From Candidatus Zixiibacteriota bacterium (GTDB lineage Bacteria; Zixibacteria; MSB-5A5; GN15; PGXB01): a stretch of DNA of 64,000 bases. Within the stretch, counting starts at the first letter, position 1; each line of letters starts with the position of its first letter. Both the position numbers and the translations under genes were made by a program. Below, one piece after another: positions 56,501 through 63,914 of this stretch. The stretch covers positions 17,459-81,458 of the forward strand of contig JAFGAL010000013.1 of assembly GCA_016933695.1 (NCBI GenBank), written 5' to 3'. The notes under the pieces are model-generated. The model worked only from the letters and a program-made list of their open reading frames with translations. It ran no database searches and was not told where the DNA came from.

Positions 56501-57337
56501 AAACAGGAAATAATCCGAATAATTGAAATTCCCGTCGCCACCGTCGAAAACCATTATTGCCTGTTCCACGAAATCGGGGCGGGGACGGTCGTTTAAAATG
56601 TCCAGAGGACGGCCTCCGCCATAAAACAGGTGTAAGGAATCGCTCTTCAATCCCGACAACGAAATGCCTGCCGCTGACAATTCCTGACCGGTCACCCTGA
56701 TCAATCCCTGATCCGCAATGGCAATCTTATACCAGGTGTCAGCGTTTGAAAAGGCGCTTTCGGCCGGTTTCATCAATGCGGTCAGGGCTGTTTCAATCGG
56801 CCAGCTTCTCAAAGCGTCGTAATTCAATACGCCGTGACCGAAGATTGCGTCGAACATCGGATCGGATCCCGCATACGTATCATCCGCCGAAACTCCGGCA
56901 ATGCGTCGGAATGCCAGTGTCGCTTCGATTCTGCCGTACAACATCCCCTGATAAAATGGATACAAAGCCACGGTGGCGATGCGTCGGCCGCGAACCATCC
57001 GAATACCGACAATCTTCGCCCCGACCGGGCTGGACTGCATGTGTACCCCGGCCAATGACAACGGCACCGCTCGGGCCCGTGATACAAACACGGATGTCAA
57101 CTCCGGAACCGTTCCCGGTGGAACGCCGATGACGACCGTCCGGACCAACTCCACCGATGAATCAGCGGCGTTCACGCACATGTATGCAACCGGATCGGAC
57201 AATGTCATCGCAAACGACACTCCGGCACGATCCGAAGCGATAACTTCAATATCAGAATAATGGGAAGACGCACTCGACGCGACAGCGACAAGCACTAGCA
57301 GAAGACCTGCAACGTTGCCAATCAATCGGAAGATCAT
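53540..57337 (-). CDS. porU: PorU-like C25 (gingipain-family) peptidase / T9SS sortase candidate
   Basis: 1265 aa with a signal peptide, a His/Cys dyad context (INFVGHGNPDTWA ... LVFTASCSIGFFD) and a C-terminal sorting-type domain (LLNYPNPMHDQTTF...GTYIYK). It lies directly upstream of the PorV-like gene, as in Bacteroidetes. Confidence 0.8.
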   Translation of the reverse strand: MIFRLIGNVAGLLLVLVAVASSASSHYSDIEVIASDRAGVSFAMTLSDPVAYMCVNAADSSVELVRTVVIGVPPGTVPELTSVFVSRARAVPLSLAGVHMQSSPVGAKIVGIRMVRGRRIATVALYPFYQGMLYGRIEATLAFRRIAGVSADDTYAGSDPMFDAIFGHGVLNYDALRSWPIETALTALMKPAESAFSNADTWYKIAIADQGLIRVTGQELSAAGISLSGLKSDSLHLFYGGGRPLDILNDRPRPDFVEQAIMVFDGGDGNFNYSDYFLFYGEDVDRWHYPADSEPVYINNPYTSANSYWLAVSGDFATGGKRMATYTETAPADTSISQVWFETRFEKDSILYSDNNSVNSDWYTWYWTTRSPFTFYGSLPTAVAGSNAEVHLRLKAGNPMSLLVNGFSATQTYSGYWDQTFTTTHVQAGLNAFRITANDAFDSPPHLDYAECFYQGHLAPSYNELVFAIRDVAGVAEFVIEDDFSSDPYVIDLSDPATARLIDGVESGSGVITFRARLQESGNRYFLASPDKVYAPIDITSYQPANLRNMVERADLLIVAHDEFTAYLEEYAAYREEHSGIEVKLVSVGQVMNEFAYGLYDPAAIRDYFKFAYEQYPSPKPSAALLVGDGIYDFQNHLGTPARNFIPPFITAYDSLASDDNYVYFGTIGYLDSDPLEYPGFDMVIGRWPVRSIAELMTIEDKVRNYEASTNYGSWRATVTLVADDEIGAYQTESFHVQQTERLEKEYLPRRYFRNKIYLWDYDRNSSGLKPEVNEAIIESFNDGTLVINFVGHGNPDTWAHEHVFNKGSDIPQLKNTDRLTLVFTASCSIGFFDDPQREGMAEELVRYAGGGAIASVAATRLVYSSENSEFNRMTYEYLFGEDPLTICQAVYAAKLARQPERNDRAYIFFGDPLLHLGTPHYEIRFTDAPDTLTALQQHQVAGEVVGGDGNPVAFDGSVEITVYDSEVLKAYEVGNVTTEYALAGPRIFRGSADVTDGVFGFTFIAPLDIGYGGQGARISAYAQSTAADALGLADSLVIDTTITVTTDNEGPEIVYSFAGRDNFMSGDYLLPGETMILDIFDSSGINLTGGAGHALTLTIDNQVENIINLTDLYEYNAGSFTGGRITYPLGDLSAGQHVFKIKAWDNANNSSTVEFGAVINAENRLFMTDLLNYPNPMHDQTTFSCYLSSPAHRLRLEIFTLSGKRIKHYDRYSVPSGYQEFYTWDGHDDDLDRVATGTYIYKASALSSGTRDAVEAFGKVVVIN

Positions 57338-57341
57338 AAAA

Positions 57342-57410
57342 CCGGGTTGTGCATCACCCGGCCCTTAATTCGACCCTGGAATAGGAAGTCGAACGTACAG
57401 TTAAAGGGCC
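57342..57410 (-). promoter_or_regulatory. two overlapping hairpins in the leader directly upstream of the PorU start codon
   Basis: The small hairpin CCGGGU/ACCCGG (57342-57361) is followed on the minus-strand RNA by UUUU and then AUG (57337). The larger two-tier hairpin (57360-57410) shares its two terminal G-C pairs with it. No SD sequence is visible. Confidence 0.4.
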
Positions 57411-57702
57411 GTATGCCTCTCTTGCATATAGTTCGCTTTAATCCTTTAACCGTTTATTCGATACCTTGTCCTCCATACTGTTATAGGTCGAAAAAATATA
57501 AAAAGTTCCGCTATAAATGTCAAGAATTCAAATACTTAAAGCGGACGTTGGTTTCTATCCTGCAAAATCTCGGCCGGTTGCAATCACAATCCCCGCTTTT
57601 TTCCTATTTATTCGCCACACAACACCTTAGAAACAATCTTGTATATTCTACGTATTCTCATCGGCAGTTATAAGGCGCAAAATCATTCACATTTTGATAA
57701 TT

Positions 57703-59106
57703 TTATCCGACCTTTATCTCCTCTTCTTTCAACGGTGCCATATCCGCAGTAAAATGCCGCAGGAAGGCCGCCTGACGAATAATTTTGAGTCCTCGTAAGT
57801 CATTTTTGCGCTTGGTGATACGAGCAATGCAGTCGGCCACATACTCCAGGTGACTACCGGTATACACCCTTCTCGGCACCGCCAGACGGACCAATTCACG
57901 AGGAGCGGTTATTTTCTCTCCGGTTACCGGATCAAGCCCTCCGAACATCAACGAGCCGATTTCCACCGCCCGGACTCCCCCCTCACGATACAACTCAACC
58001 GTCAGCGACTGCCCCGGAAACTGATCCACCGGAATATGCGGCAAATAGTGCCCGGCATCTATGAAGATCGCATGGCCGCCGGTCGGCTTGATTATCGGCG
58101 CGCCGGCCTGTTCAATAATGCTCCCGAAGTATTCTATTTGGCCGACCCGATAGGCCAGGTACTCCTCATTGAGCACTTCCTGCAATCCAGCCGCCATCGC
58201 GTCAATATCGCGCCCGGACATACCGCCGTAGGTTGGAAAGCCCTCGATGATTATCAACAGCTCGATAATTTTCTGCCTCAAACCGTCATCGTTGAGCGCG
58301 ATAAACCCGCCAATATTGGCCAGACCATCTTTCTTGGCCGACATCAGTGCTCCGTCGGCATATGAAAACATCTCCTGAGCGATTTCCTTGATCGACTTAT
58401 CCTGATATCCCGGCTCCGACTGCTTGATGAAATAGGCATTCTCGGCAAACCGCGCACAGTCAAAATAAAACCGTATCCCGTGTTTTTTACAAAGCGCCGA
58501 GGTCTCCCGGATATTGGCCATTGATACCGGCTGACCGCCCGATGAGTTGTTGGTTACCGTCATGAACACCACCGGAATTTTATCCGCACCCTTTTTCTCG
58601 ATAAAACTCTCCAACCGTTCGACGTCGATATTGCCCTTGAACGGAATTTGTTCATTCGTTGCCGCCTCGGGGCATGGCAAATCGATCGCAATTCCGCCCT
58701 TGTGCTGGGTGTTGGCGCGGGTGGTGTCAAAATGCGTATTGTTGGGGACATAATCCCCGGCCTTCAACACACTGGAAAAAAAGACATTTTCGGCCACACG
58801 CCCCTGATGACACGGGATAATGAACTTCTTTCCGGTAATTTCCCTGACTGTTTTTTCGAAACGATAAAACGACCGCGCCCCGGCGTATGATTCATCGCCG
58901 CGCATCAACGCCGCCCATTGTTCATTCGACATCGCCCCGGTGCCTGAATCGGTCAGCAGGTCGATATAAATGTCCTCGGCTTTGATCTTGAAAACGTTAT
59001 ACCTGGCTTCTTGCAGGATCCGCAGTCTTTCCTGACGTGAAAGAAGACGGATCGACTCGACAGATTTTATTCTGAAGGGTTCGGCAGGATGTCTGTAATC
59101 GTGCAC
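57703..59106 (-). CDS. beta-eliminating lyase (tyrosine phenol-lyase / tryptophanase family)
   Basis: GTG start preceded by GGGAGG. 467 aa with AEPFRIKSVE, DLLTDSGTGAMS and the PLP-lysine region MSAKKDGLANIGGF. I cannot separate Tpl from TnaA by eye. Confidence 0.9.
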   Translation of the reverse strand: MHDYRHPAEPFRIKSVESIRLLSRQERLRILQEARYNVFKIKAEDIYIDLLTDSGTGAMSNEQWAALMRGDESYAGARSFYRFEKTVREITGKKFIIPCHQGRVAENVFFSSVLKAGDYVPNNTHFDTTRANTQHKGGIAIDLPCPEAATNEQIPFKGNIDVERLESFIEKKGADKIPVVFMTVTNNSSGGQPVSMANIRETSALCKKHGIRFYFDCARFAENAYFIKQSEPGYQDKSIKEIAQEMFSYADGALMSAKKDGLANIGGFIALNDDGLRQKIIELLIIIEGFPTYGGMSGRDIDAMAAGLQEVLNEEYLAYRVGQIEYFGSIIEQAGAPIIKPTGGHAIFIDAGHYLPHIPVDQFPGQSLTVELYREGGVRAVEIGSLMFGGLDPVTGEKITAPRELVRLAVPRRVYTGSHLEYVADCIARITKRKNDLRGLKIIRQAAFLRHFTADMAPLKEEEIKVG

Positions 59107-59164
59107 GTTACCTCCCGGTTGCGATGGTAAGATTATTACGTTGGCTTCTAAACATACACATTTC

Positions 59165-60175
59165 TCAGGTTTTTTTCAAGGTGAATTCCGGCACGATATA
59201 TCCGGTCAACAGGTTGCGCAAATTGCGCACCTCCGGTTTGCGGAATGTCGCCAGATGCGTTTCCCGTTCGGCATCCGGCTCGATTCCCAACTGCCGCAAC
59301 ACTTCGCAACACACCGGATACAGCGCCCGCGCATTGCCGTCATGAATCTTCACCGCAATCCCGATTTCCGGGTCGGTCAGCGCCATTCCCTGAATCGCCT
59401 CAGCGCCGCCCTTGCAGATCATCCGGTCCGGAAACGCCCGCATCAACGCCAGATCAAACCGCCCCTCGCCGGAAAACATCTCCGGATATGCCGTCATCGC
59501 CGCCGTGATCCGCGTGAGAACCTCGGTCATTTCCGGCGTTTGCCCCTGCGCCAGAGCGAGCTTTTTAAACGCCACCGCCGTCCGCGACAACGGTATCCCG
59601 AAATTCGGCGCGGAACATCCGTCGACAGCTATCACGATATCCTCTTTCGGGTATTCATACATCTCCACAATGGCATCGAGGATCATCTTCTGCGCCATGG
59701 AATTCACATTGAGATAATTGGCGACATCCTCCCCCAGAAACCGCGACAGTGCCAGAAATCCGGAATGCTTCCCGGAGCAGTTGTGGCGAAGAACATCCAG
59801 ATGTTCCCCGTGTTCGGGAATCTTGTTGGCCATTGTCATAAAAAGCGGCGTATGGACTCCACATTGTAAATCTTCCGGCTTGTTGCCGGCCGTTTCGAGA
59901 TTCCACAATACGGTCGCCCGATGATCATCGGTGCCGATATGTGAACCGCACATGATCGATATCTGCTTCTGCGAAAACTCATATGTATCCGCCGCGCCGG
60001 TCCGCAAAAGCGGGATCAGTTGAAACGGTTTCGATGAGGACCGCACGAACGTGAAAAACTCCGGATCGCCGACAGAATGCGTCAGTTTGCCGTCCCGATC
60101 CACCACCGCCACCGAGCCGTAGTGCACCGACTCTTCGCGCTTTCCGCGATAGACTTTCGCGACCAGTTCCGCCAT
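59165..60175 (-). CDS. asparaginase (Rhizobium-type, Asparaginase_II family)
   Basis: 336 aa with motifs VRSSSKPFQLIPLL, MCGSHIGTDDH, LQCGVHTP and HNCSGKHSGFLAL. Confidence 0.85.
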   Translation of the reverse strand: MAELVAKVYRGKREESVHYGSVAVVDRDGKLTHSVGDPEFFTFVRSSSKPFQLIPLLRTGAADTYEFSQKQISIMCGSHIGTDDHRATVLWNLETAGNKPEDLQCGVHTPLFMTMANKIPEHGEHLDVLRHNCSGKHSGFLALSRFLGEDVANYLNVNSMAQKMILDAIVEMYEYPKEDIVIAVDGCSAPNFGIPLSRTAVAFKKLALAQGQTPEMTEVLTRITAAMTAYPEMFSGEGRFDLALMRAFPDRMICKGGAEAIQGMALTDPEIGIAVKIHDGNARALYPVCCEVLRQLGIEPDAERETHLATFRKPEVRNLRNLLTGYIVPEFTLKKT

Positions 60176-60356
60176 AAATATTCTCTTTCACCTGTGCCGG
60201 GAAACAGCCCCCCGGCCGTTGGGGTTGGTATTATCCGCCATAATAACACCTCCACTCGGCCTTGTCAATGGAGTGCAATATTTCCTGTTGTGCCACGTTT
60301 CCCAATACAGTAAGTTATATAATTACACTTTGTTAACCATCGAAAGGACCCCGCCC

Positions 60357-61562
60357 ATGAAACGTTGTTGGCTGGCTTTAATGATTTTCATTATAATCCC
60401 GTTGCTGGTAATCTATTCCACCTCCTTCGCCATTCAGAACACCGGCGAGGTCGTTATCGGCGATAAAACCGAATACGTCGTCCCGCTCGAACTCGATGGT
60501 CACACGCTCATTGTTCCAGTCAAGCTTAACGGCACCGACAGCACTTATCATTTCATTTTCGATACCGGCGGCCTGACTTTTGTCAATCCCGAACTCGCTG
60601 ACTATCTCAATCTCGAGCACGGCATGAGTGTCCCGACCTATGACAAAGACATCAAAGCCTATTCCACCGTGCTGGAGACGGTCGACGTGGGCGGCGCGAA
60701 AGTCAACAACCTGGTCGGCGTCGTGTTTGATTTTCTCCGACAGGCGGGGTTTACCGAATACGACGGCATGATCGGCACGGATTTCGCCTCCTTTTTCAAT
60801 GTCACCATCGACTACCGCGCCAAAACTCTGACCTTCTCTCACCATGTCGATTCGCTCGATACGGTTTCGGGAACGTATTACGCCTCGATGACCCGGCAAA
60901 AAATGATGGGCGCGCCGATGGCCGACGGCATGATCAATGGACATATTCCGGCGGAGTGTATGATCGATGTCGGTTCGCCCTATGGCATCGTTATGCCCCT
61001 GTCATGGATGGACGTCTTGTATGGCTATCAGATATCGCATTTAATCCCATCGGTGGGTGTCATGGCCAGATGGCCGTACAGCGAAGACAAACCCAACTAC
61101 CTGGGGCGGCTGAAAAGCCTCAGTCTCGGCCAATTCACCATCGACAATGTTCCGGTGATTTTCGCCGATGTACATGACATTCTCATCGGACGCAATATCC
61201 TCGATCAGTTTATTACCGTGCTGAATTACCCGACCAATCAAATGCGCATTATTCCCTACGAGGATATGCGATTCGACAACAATGTCTTCAGCGTCGGGGT
61301 GCGGATTCGTCTCGATGACAACAATGTCATGCGTGTTACCGGCCTGTGGAAAGATTCCCCGGCGGATCGGGCCGGTCTTAAGCCGGGCGACGAAGTTGTC
61401 TCTGTCAATCAGCGTGATATCAATGCCTATAAGCCGGCGGACTTATCCGCGATACTGGCGAATGACAGCGTCACGACGATTACCATCACCGTCCGGACCG
61501 ATTCGGGTTCAGTCACGCATACATTGGAAAAAGAGAATCTTCTGCCGGAAATTGCAGAGTAG
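60357..61562 (+). CDS. secreted two-lobed retropepsin-like aspartyl protease with C-terminal PDZ domain
   Basis: The start was trimmed to ATG 60357, which gives a signal peptide. The first lobe has FIFDTGG...GMIGTDF and the second has CMIDVGS...ILIGRNIL. The PDZ domain has GLWKDSPADRAGLKPGDEVVSVN. Confidence 0.75.
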   Translation: MKRCWLALMIFIIIPLLVIYSTSFAIQNTGEVVIGDKTEYVVPLELDGHTLIVPVKLNGTDSTYHFIFDTGGLTFVNPELADYLNLEHGMSVPTYDKDIKAYSTVLETVDVGGAKVNNLVGVVFDFLRQAGFTEYDGMIGTDFASFFNVTIDYRAKTLTFSHHVDSLDTVSGTYYASMTRQKMMGAPMADGMINGHIPAECMIDVGSPYGIVMPLSWMDVLYGYQISHLIPSVGVMARWPYSEDKPNYLGRLKSLSLGQFTIDNVPVIFADVHDILIGRNILDQFITVLNYPTNQMRIIPYEDMRFDNNVFSVGVRIRLDDNNVMRVTGLWKDSPADRAGLKPGDEVVSVNQRDINAYKPADLSAILANDSVTTITITVRTDSGSVTHTLEKENLLPEIAE

Positions 61563-61580
61563 GCCGTAGCAACGGTTTTA

Positions 61581-62141
61581 CTATTGGCCGAGATGTTCGA
61601 TCAGAATCTTGATTCCCAGGGCGATTAACACCACCCCCCCGATAAACTCCGCCCGCCCGCCAAGCAGGCGCCCGGTATGCCGTCCCAGGTAAAAGCCGAT
61701 CAGGCAGATGACAAACGTGATCGCCGCGATTAATAGCGCCGCATGGAGAATGGATACATCGAGCAAGGCGAATCCCACGCCGACAATCAGTGCGTCGATA
61801 CTGGTCGCGATCGACAGCATCAATAGTGTTCCGGGTTTTATCAACACGCAATTCCCGCCGCAACAATCCTGATGGAACGAGTCATAGATCATCTTGATCC
61901 CGATCAATCCCAGCAAACCGAATGCGACCCAGTGATCGAATGCGACAATATGGCCGCGAAATGTCGTGCCGACCAGCCAGCCCAGAATCGGCATCCCACC
62001 CTGGAACAACCCGAACGATGACGATGCCCGCATTGCCTGAAAAACCCGCTTTTCCGTGATCGTCGCCCCGCAGGTAATCGATACCGCAAAGGCATCCATC
62101 GCCAGCCCCGCCCCGATCAGCACTATTTCCAGATTTCCCAT
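61581..62141 (-). CDS. mntP: manganese efflux pump MntP
   Basis: 186 aa with 6 TM helices. The N-terminus is GAGLAMDAFAVSI, and a repeated DA motif (TSIDALIVG) is typical of MntP. Confidence 0.9.
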   Translation of the reverse strand: MGNLEIVLIGAGLAMDAFAVSITCGATITEKRVFQAMRASSSFGLFQGGMPILGWLVGTTFRGHIVAFDHWVAFGLLGLIGIKMIYDSFHQDCCGGNCVLIKPGTLLMLSIATSIDALIVGVGFALLDVSILHAALLIAAITFVICLIGFYLGRHTGRLLGGRAEFIGGVVLIALGIKILIEHLGQ

Positions 62142-62155
62142 ACTATTCTAAAGTG

Positions 62156-62185
62156 AAACGGGGCAACTGAATTGCCGCCCCGTTT
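62156..62185 (-). terminator. intrinsic terminator-like hairpin between citF-like gene and mntP
   Basis: A 9-bp stem AAACGGGGC / GCCCCGUUU with a 12-nt loop has the tail CACUUUAG. It ends 14 nt before the mntP AUG. Confidence 0.55.
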
Positions 62186-62197
62186 GAGGTCCACCTA

Positions 62198-63757
62198 TTA
62201 TACTGTCCTTTTTATCGTATCTAGCAGGGTTCCGTCGCGCCATTCAATCACATGCACAACCTCATCGGTCGTTTCCAACGGTACCGGAATCTCACCGTAT
62301 TCTTTAGCCTTTGCATTCGATTTCTGATGCAGTTCTTCTATTGACAGCAACCGCACCCCGAAATCTTTGGCGCGTTCCAGAATCGCCTCTTTATACGTGC
62401 TTTTACTCCGGGGATTGATCGCCGCATACTCCTCGGTAACCACTACGTCGATCACTTCGCCCGGTGTGGTGCGCGTATACACCCGGTCGACCACTTTCGG
62501 GAAACCCTTGCCGTTCTTGCCGGTCGCCAGCGGCATAAAAATGATCGTCAAATCCGCTCCGGCGGCAACGTCCTGCCCGCCGCCGATACCGCCGATAATC
62601 CGTCCCCCGGCACAAACCGTATTGAGATTGAATTCCAGATCGACCTCCAGTGTCGAGAGTACCGCCAGATCGAGCATGTTCACCGCCGATTCCTTGTTAG
62701 CCACCGAGGCATAGTACGACGTGGTGATCTGCTGGTGATGCGGGTTGGTGCGCAATGATTCGAACATCCGCTCGTTCGGCTCGAACAACTGGCCGTGCAT
62801 CAACTGAAACAGCGTTCCCTCGTCGAGCATGTCGACATGCAACGACGTCACCCCGCCGATCGAAAAATTGGCCCGAATCTTTTCCTCTTTCAACATCTGG
62901 CGGATGTTCTCCAGAATCAGCAGTCCGGCACCGCTTCCCACCTGGAACGCGAAATCGTTTTTCACCACGTCGGCGGCTTTGATCACCCTGGTAATATTAT
63001 CCGCCACCTGGGCATTAAACGGATTGGCGCGCGCCTTGTTCATATCCAGCGTTCCCGATCCGATCCCGGAATTCAGTCCCGGATCGTCCACTTTCACCAC
63101 GAAATCGACCTGCTCCATCGAAAGCGGCGTCGGCATCACCACCGTCTCGCTGACCGTTCCTGCCAGCAAACAAACAAACTCGGCGTATTCAGCATCGGCG
63201 GAAAACAATCCCACCGGGCCGCATAAATGTTCCGGCTTGCCGTAAATGCCGTTGGCATTGCCGTACACGTCCGCAATCGGCACCGGGCCGAACGCCACCC
63301 GGATACTCACTTCACCGGTTTGCATTTTGCGCACCCGGTTGCCGTGAGAGAATCCGACCGACACCCACGGAAGCAATTCGCCCGAGGCAATACTCTCCCC
63401 CAGCTTGCGATACGGATTGCCGTACAACCCGGTAATCGTGCCGTCGTGAATCGCATCGATCAGCCACGGATCGACATTATCGAAATAGGCATTGCCGTAT
63501 ATCTTGATATCCTTCTTGCCCTGCACCCTAAGGATCCTGACAATCAGTTCCAGCCCCTTGTCGCCGGTGCGATAATAATGCGGATATGATATCGTGTCGC
63601 CGTCACGAATCACCTCCATAACCGTTTCAAGGCTGACCACTTTGTTTTTGCGATGCGGGATGCGCGGGGTAATACTTCGTCCGACCAATCGGCCGGTATA
63701 GGCTTTATCGTTGAATGCCGAGCCGAACGACTCGTACTCTTTCCCGTTGTAATTCAT
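62198..63757 (-). CDS. citF: citrate lyase alpha subunit-like (citrate CoA-transferase family)
   Basis: 519 aa, collinear by eye with E. coli CitF: SYPHYYRTGD vs SFHHAFRGGD, the GNANG motif, GGVTSLHVDMLDEG vs GGITATMVDLHEKG, LDLAVLSTLEVDLEFNLN, and a C-terminal VVHVIEWRDGTLLD. Confidence 0.85.
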   Translation of the reverse strand: MNYNGKEYESFGSAFNDKAYTGRLVGRSITPRIPHRKNKVVSLETVMEVIRDGDTISYPHYYRTGDKGLELIVRILRVQGKKDIKIYGNAYFDNVDPWLIDAIHDGTITGLYGNPYRKLGESIASGELLPWVSVGFSHGNRVRKMQTGEVSIRVAFGPVPIADVYGNANGIYGKPEHLCGPVGLFSADAEYAEFVCLLAGTVSETVVMPTPLSMEQVDFVVKVDDPGLNSGIGSGTLDMNKARANPFNAQVADNITRVIKAADVVKNDFAFQVGSGAGLLILENIRQMLKEEKIRANFSIGGVTSLHVDMLDEGTLFQLMHGQLFEPNERMFESLRTNPHHQQITTSYYASVANKESAVNMLDLAVLSTLEVDLEFNLNTVCAGGRIIGGIGGGQDVAAGADLTIIFMPLATGKNGKGFPKVVDRVYTRTTPGEVIDVVVTEEYAAINPRSKSTYKEAILERAKDFGVRLLSIEELHQKSNAKAKEYGEIPVPLETTDEVVHVIEWRDGTLLDTIKRTV

Positions 63758-63806
63758 GGCAATTTCCTCCAGTCAAAAATATCTCCGGTAACTAAAGGAA
63801 ATTGCC
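63758..63806 (-). promoter_or_regulatory. Shine-Dalgarno-sequestering hairpin in the citF-like leader
   Basis: On the minus-strand RNA, 5'-GGCAAUUUCCUUUAG (63806-63792) pairs with CUGGAGGAAAUUGCC-3' (63772-63758). This gives 15 bp including 2 G-U pairs and a 19-nt loop. The 3' arm contains the whole GGAGG and abuts the AUG at 63757. Confidence 0.45.
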
Positions 63807-63857
63807 GTAAAAGTCAAGAAAAGTCGGAATCGGATTGCCGAACGGCAAAACGCAAAA

Positions 63858-63914
63858 AGCCCGACGGTATCGGTCATGCATATCAATCCGCAGTCATGAC
63901 CGATCAGTCAGGCT
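63858..63914 (-). terminator. compound hairpin flanked by A/T tracts (possible terminator of an upstream minus-strand gene)
   Basis: The outer stem is AGCCCGAC / GTCAGGCT and the inner 10-bp stem is ATCGGTCATG / CATGACCGAT. On the minus strand it is followed by UUUUUGCGUUUUG. Confidence 0.4.

Noticed and set aside
57347-57673. 108-aa plus-strand ORF in the AT-rich spacer upstream of PorU
   Set aside because: Its composition (K/Y/F/L/S-rich) reflects AT-rich non-coding DNA. There is no RBS, and the region is more plausibly a promoter/leader.
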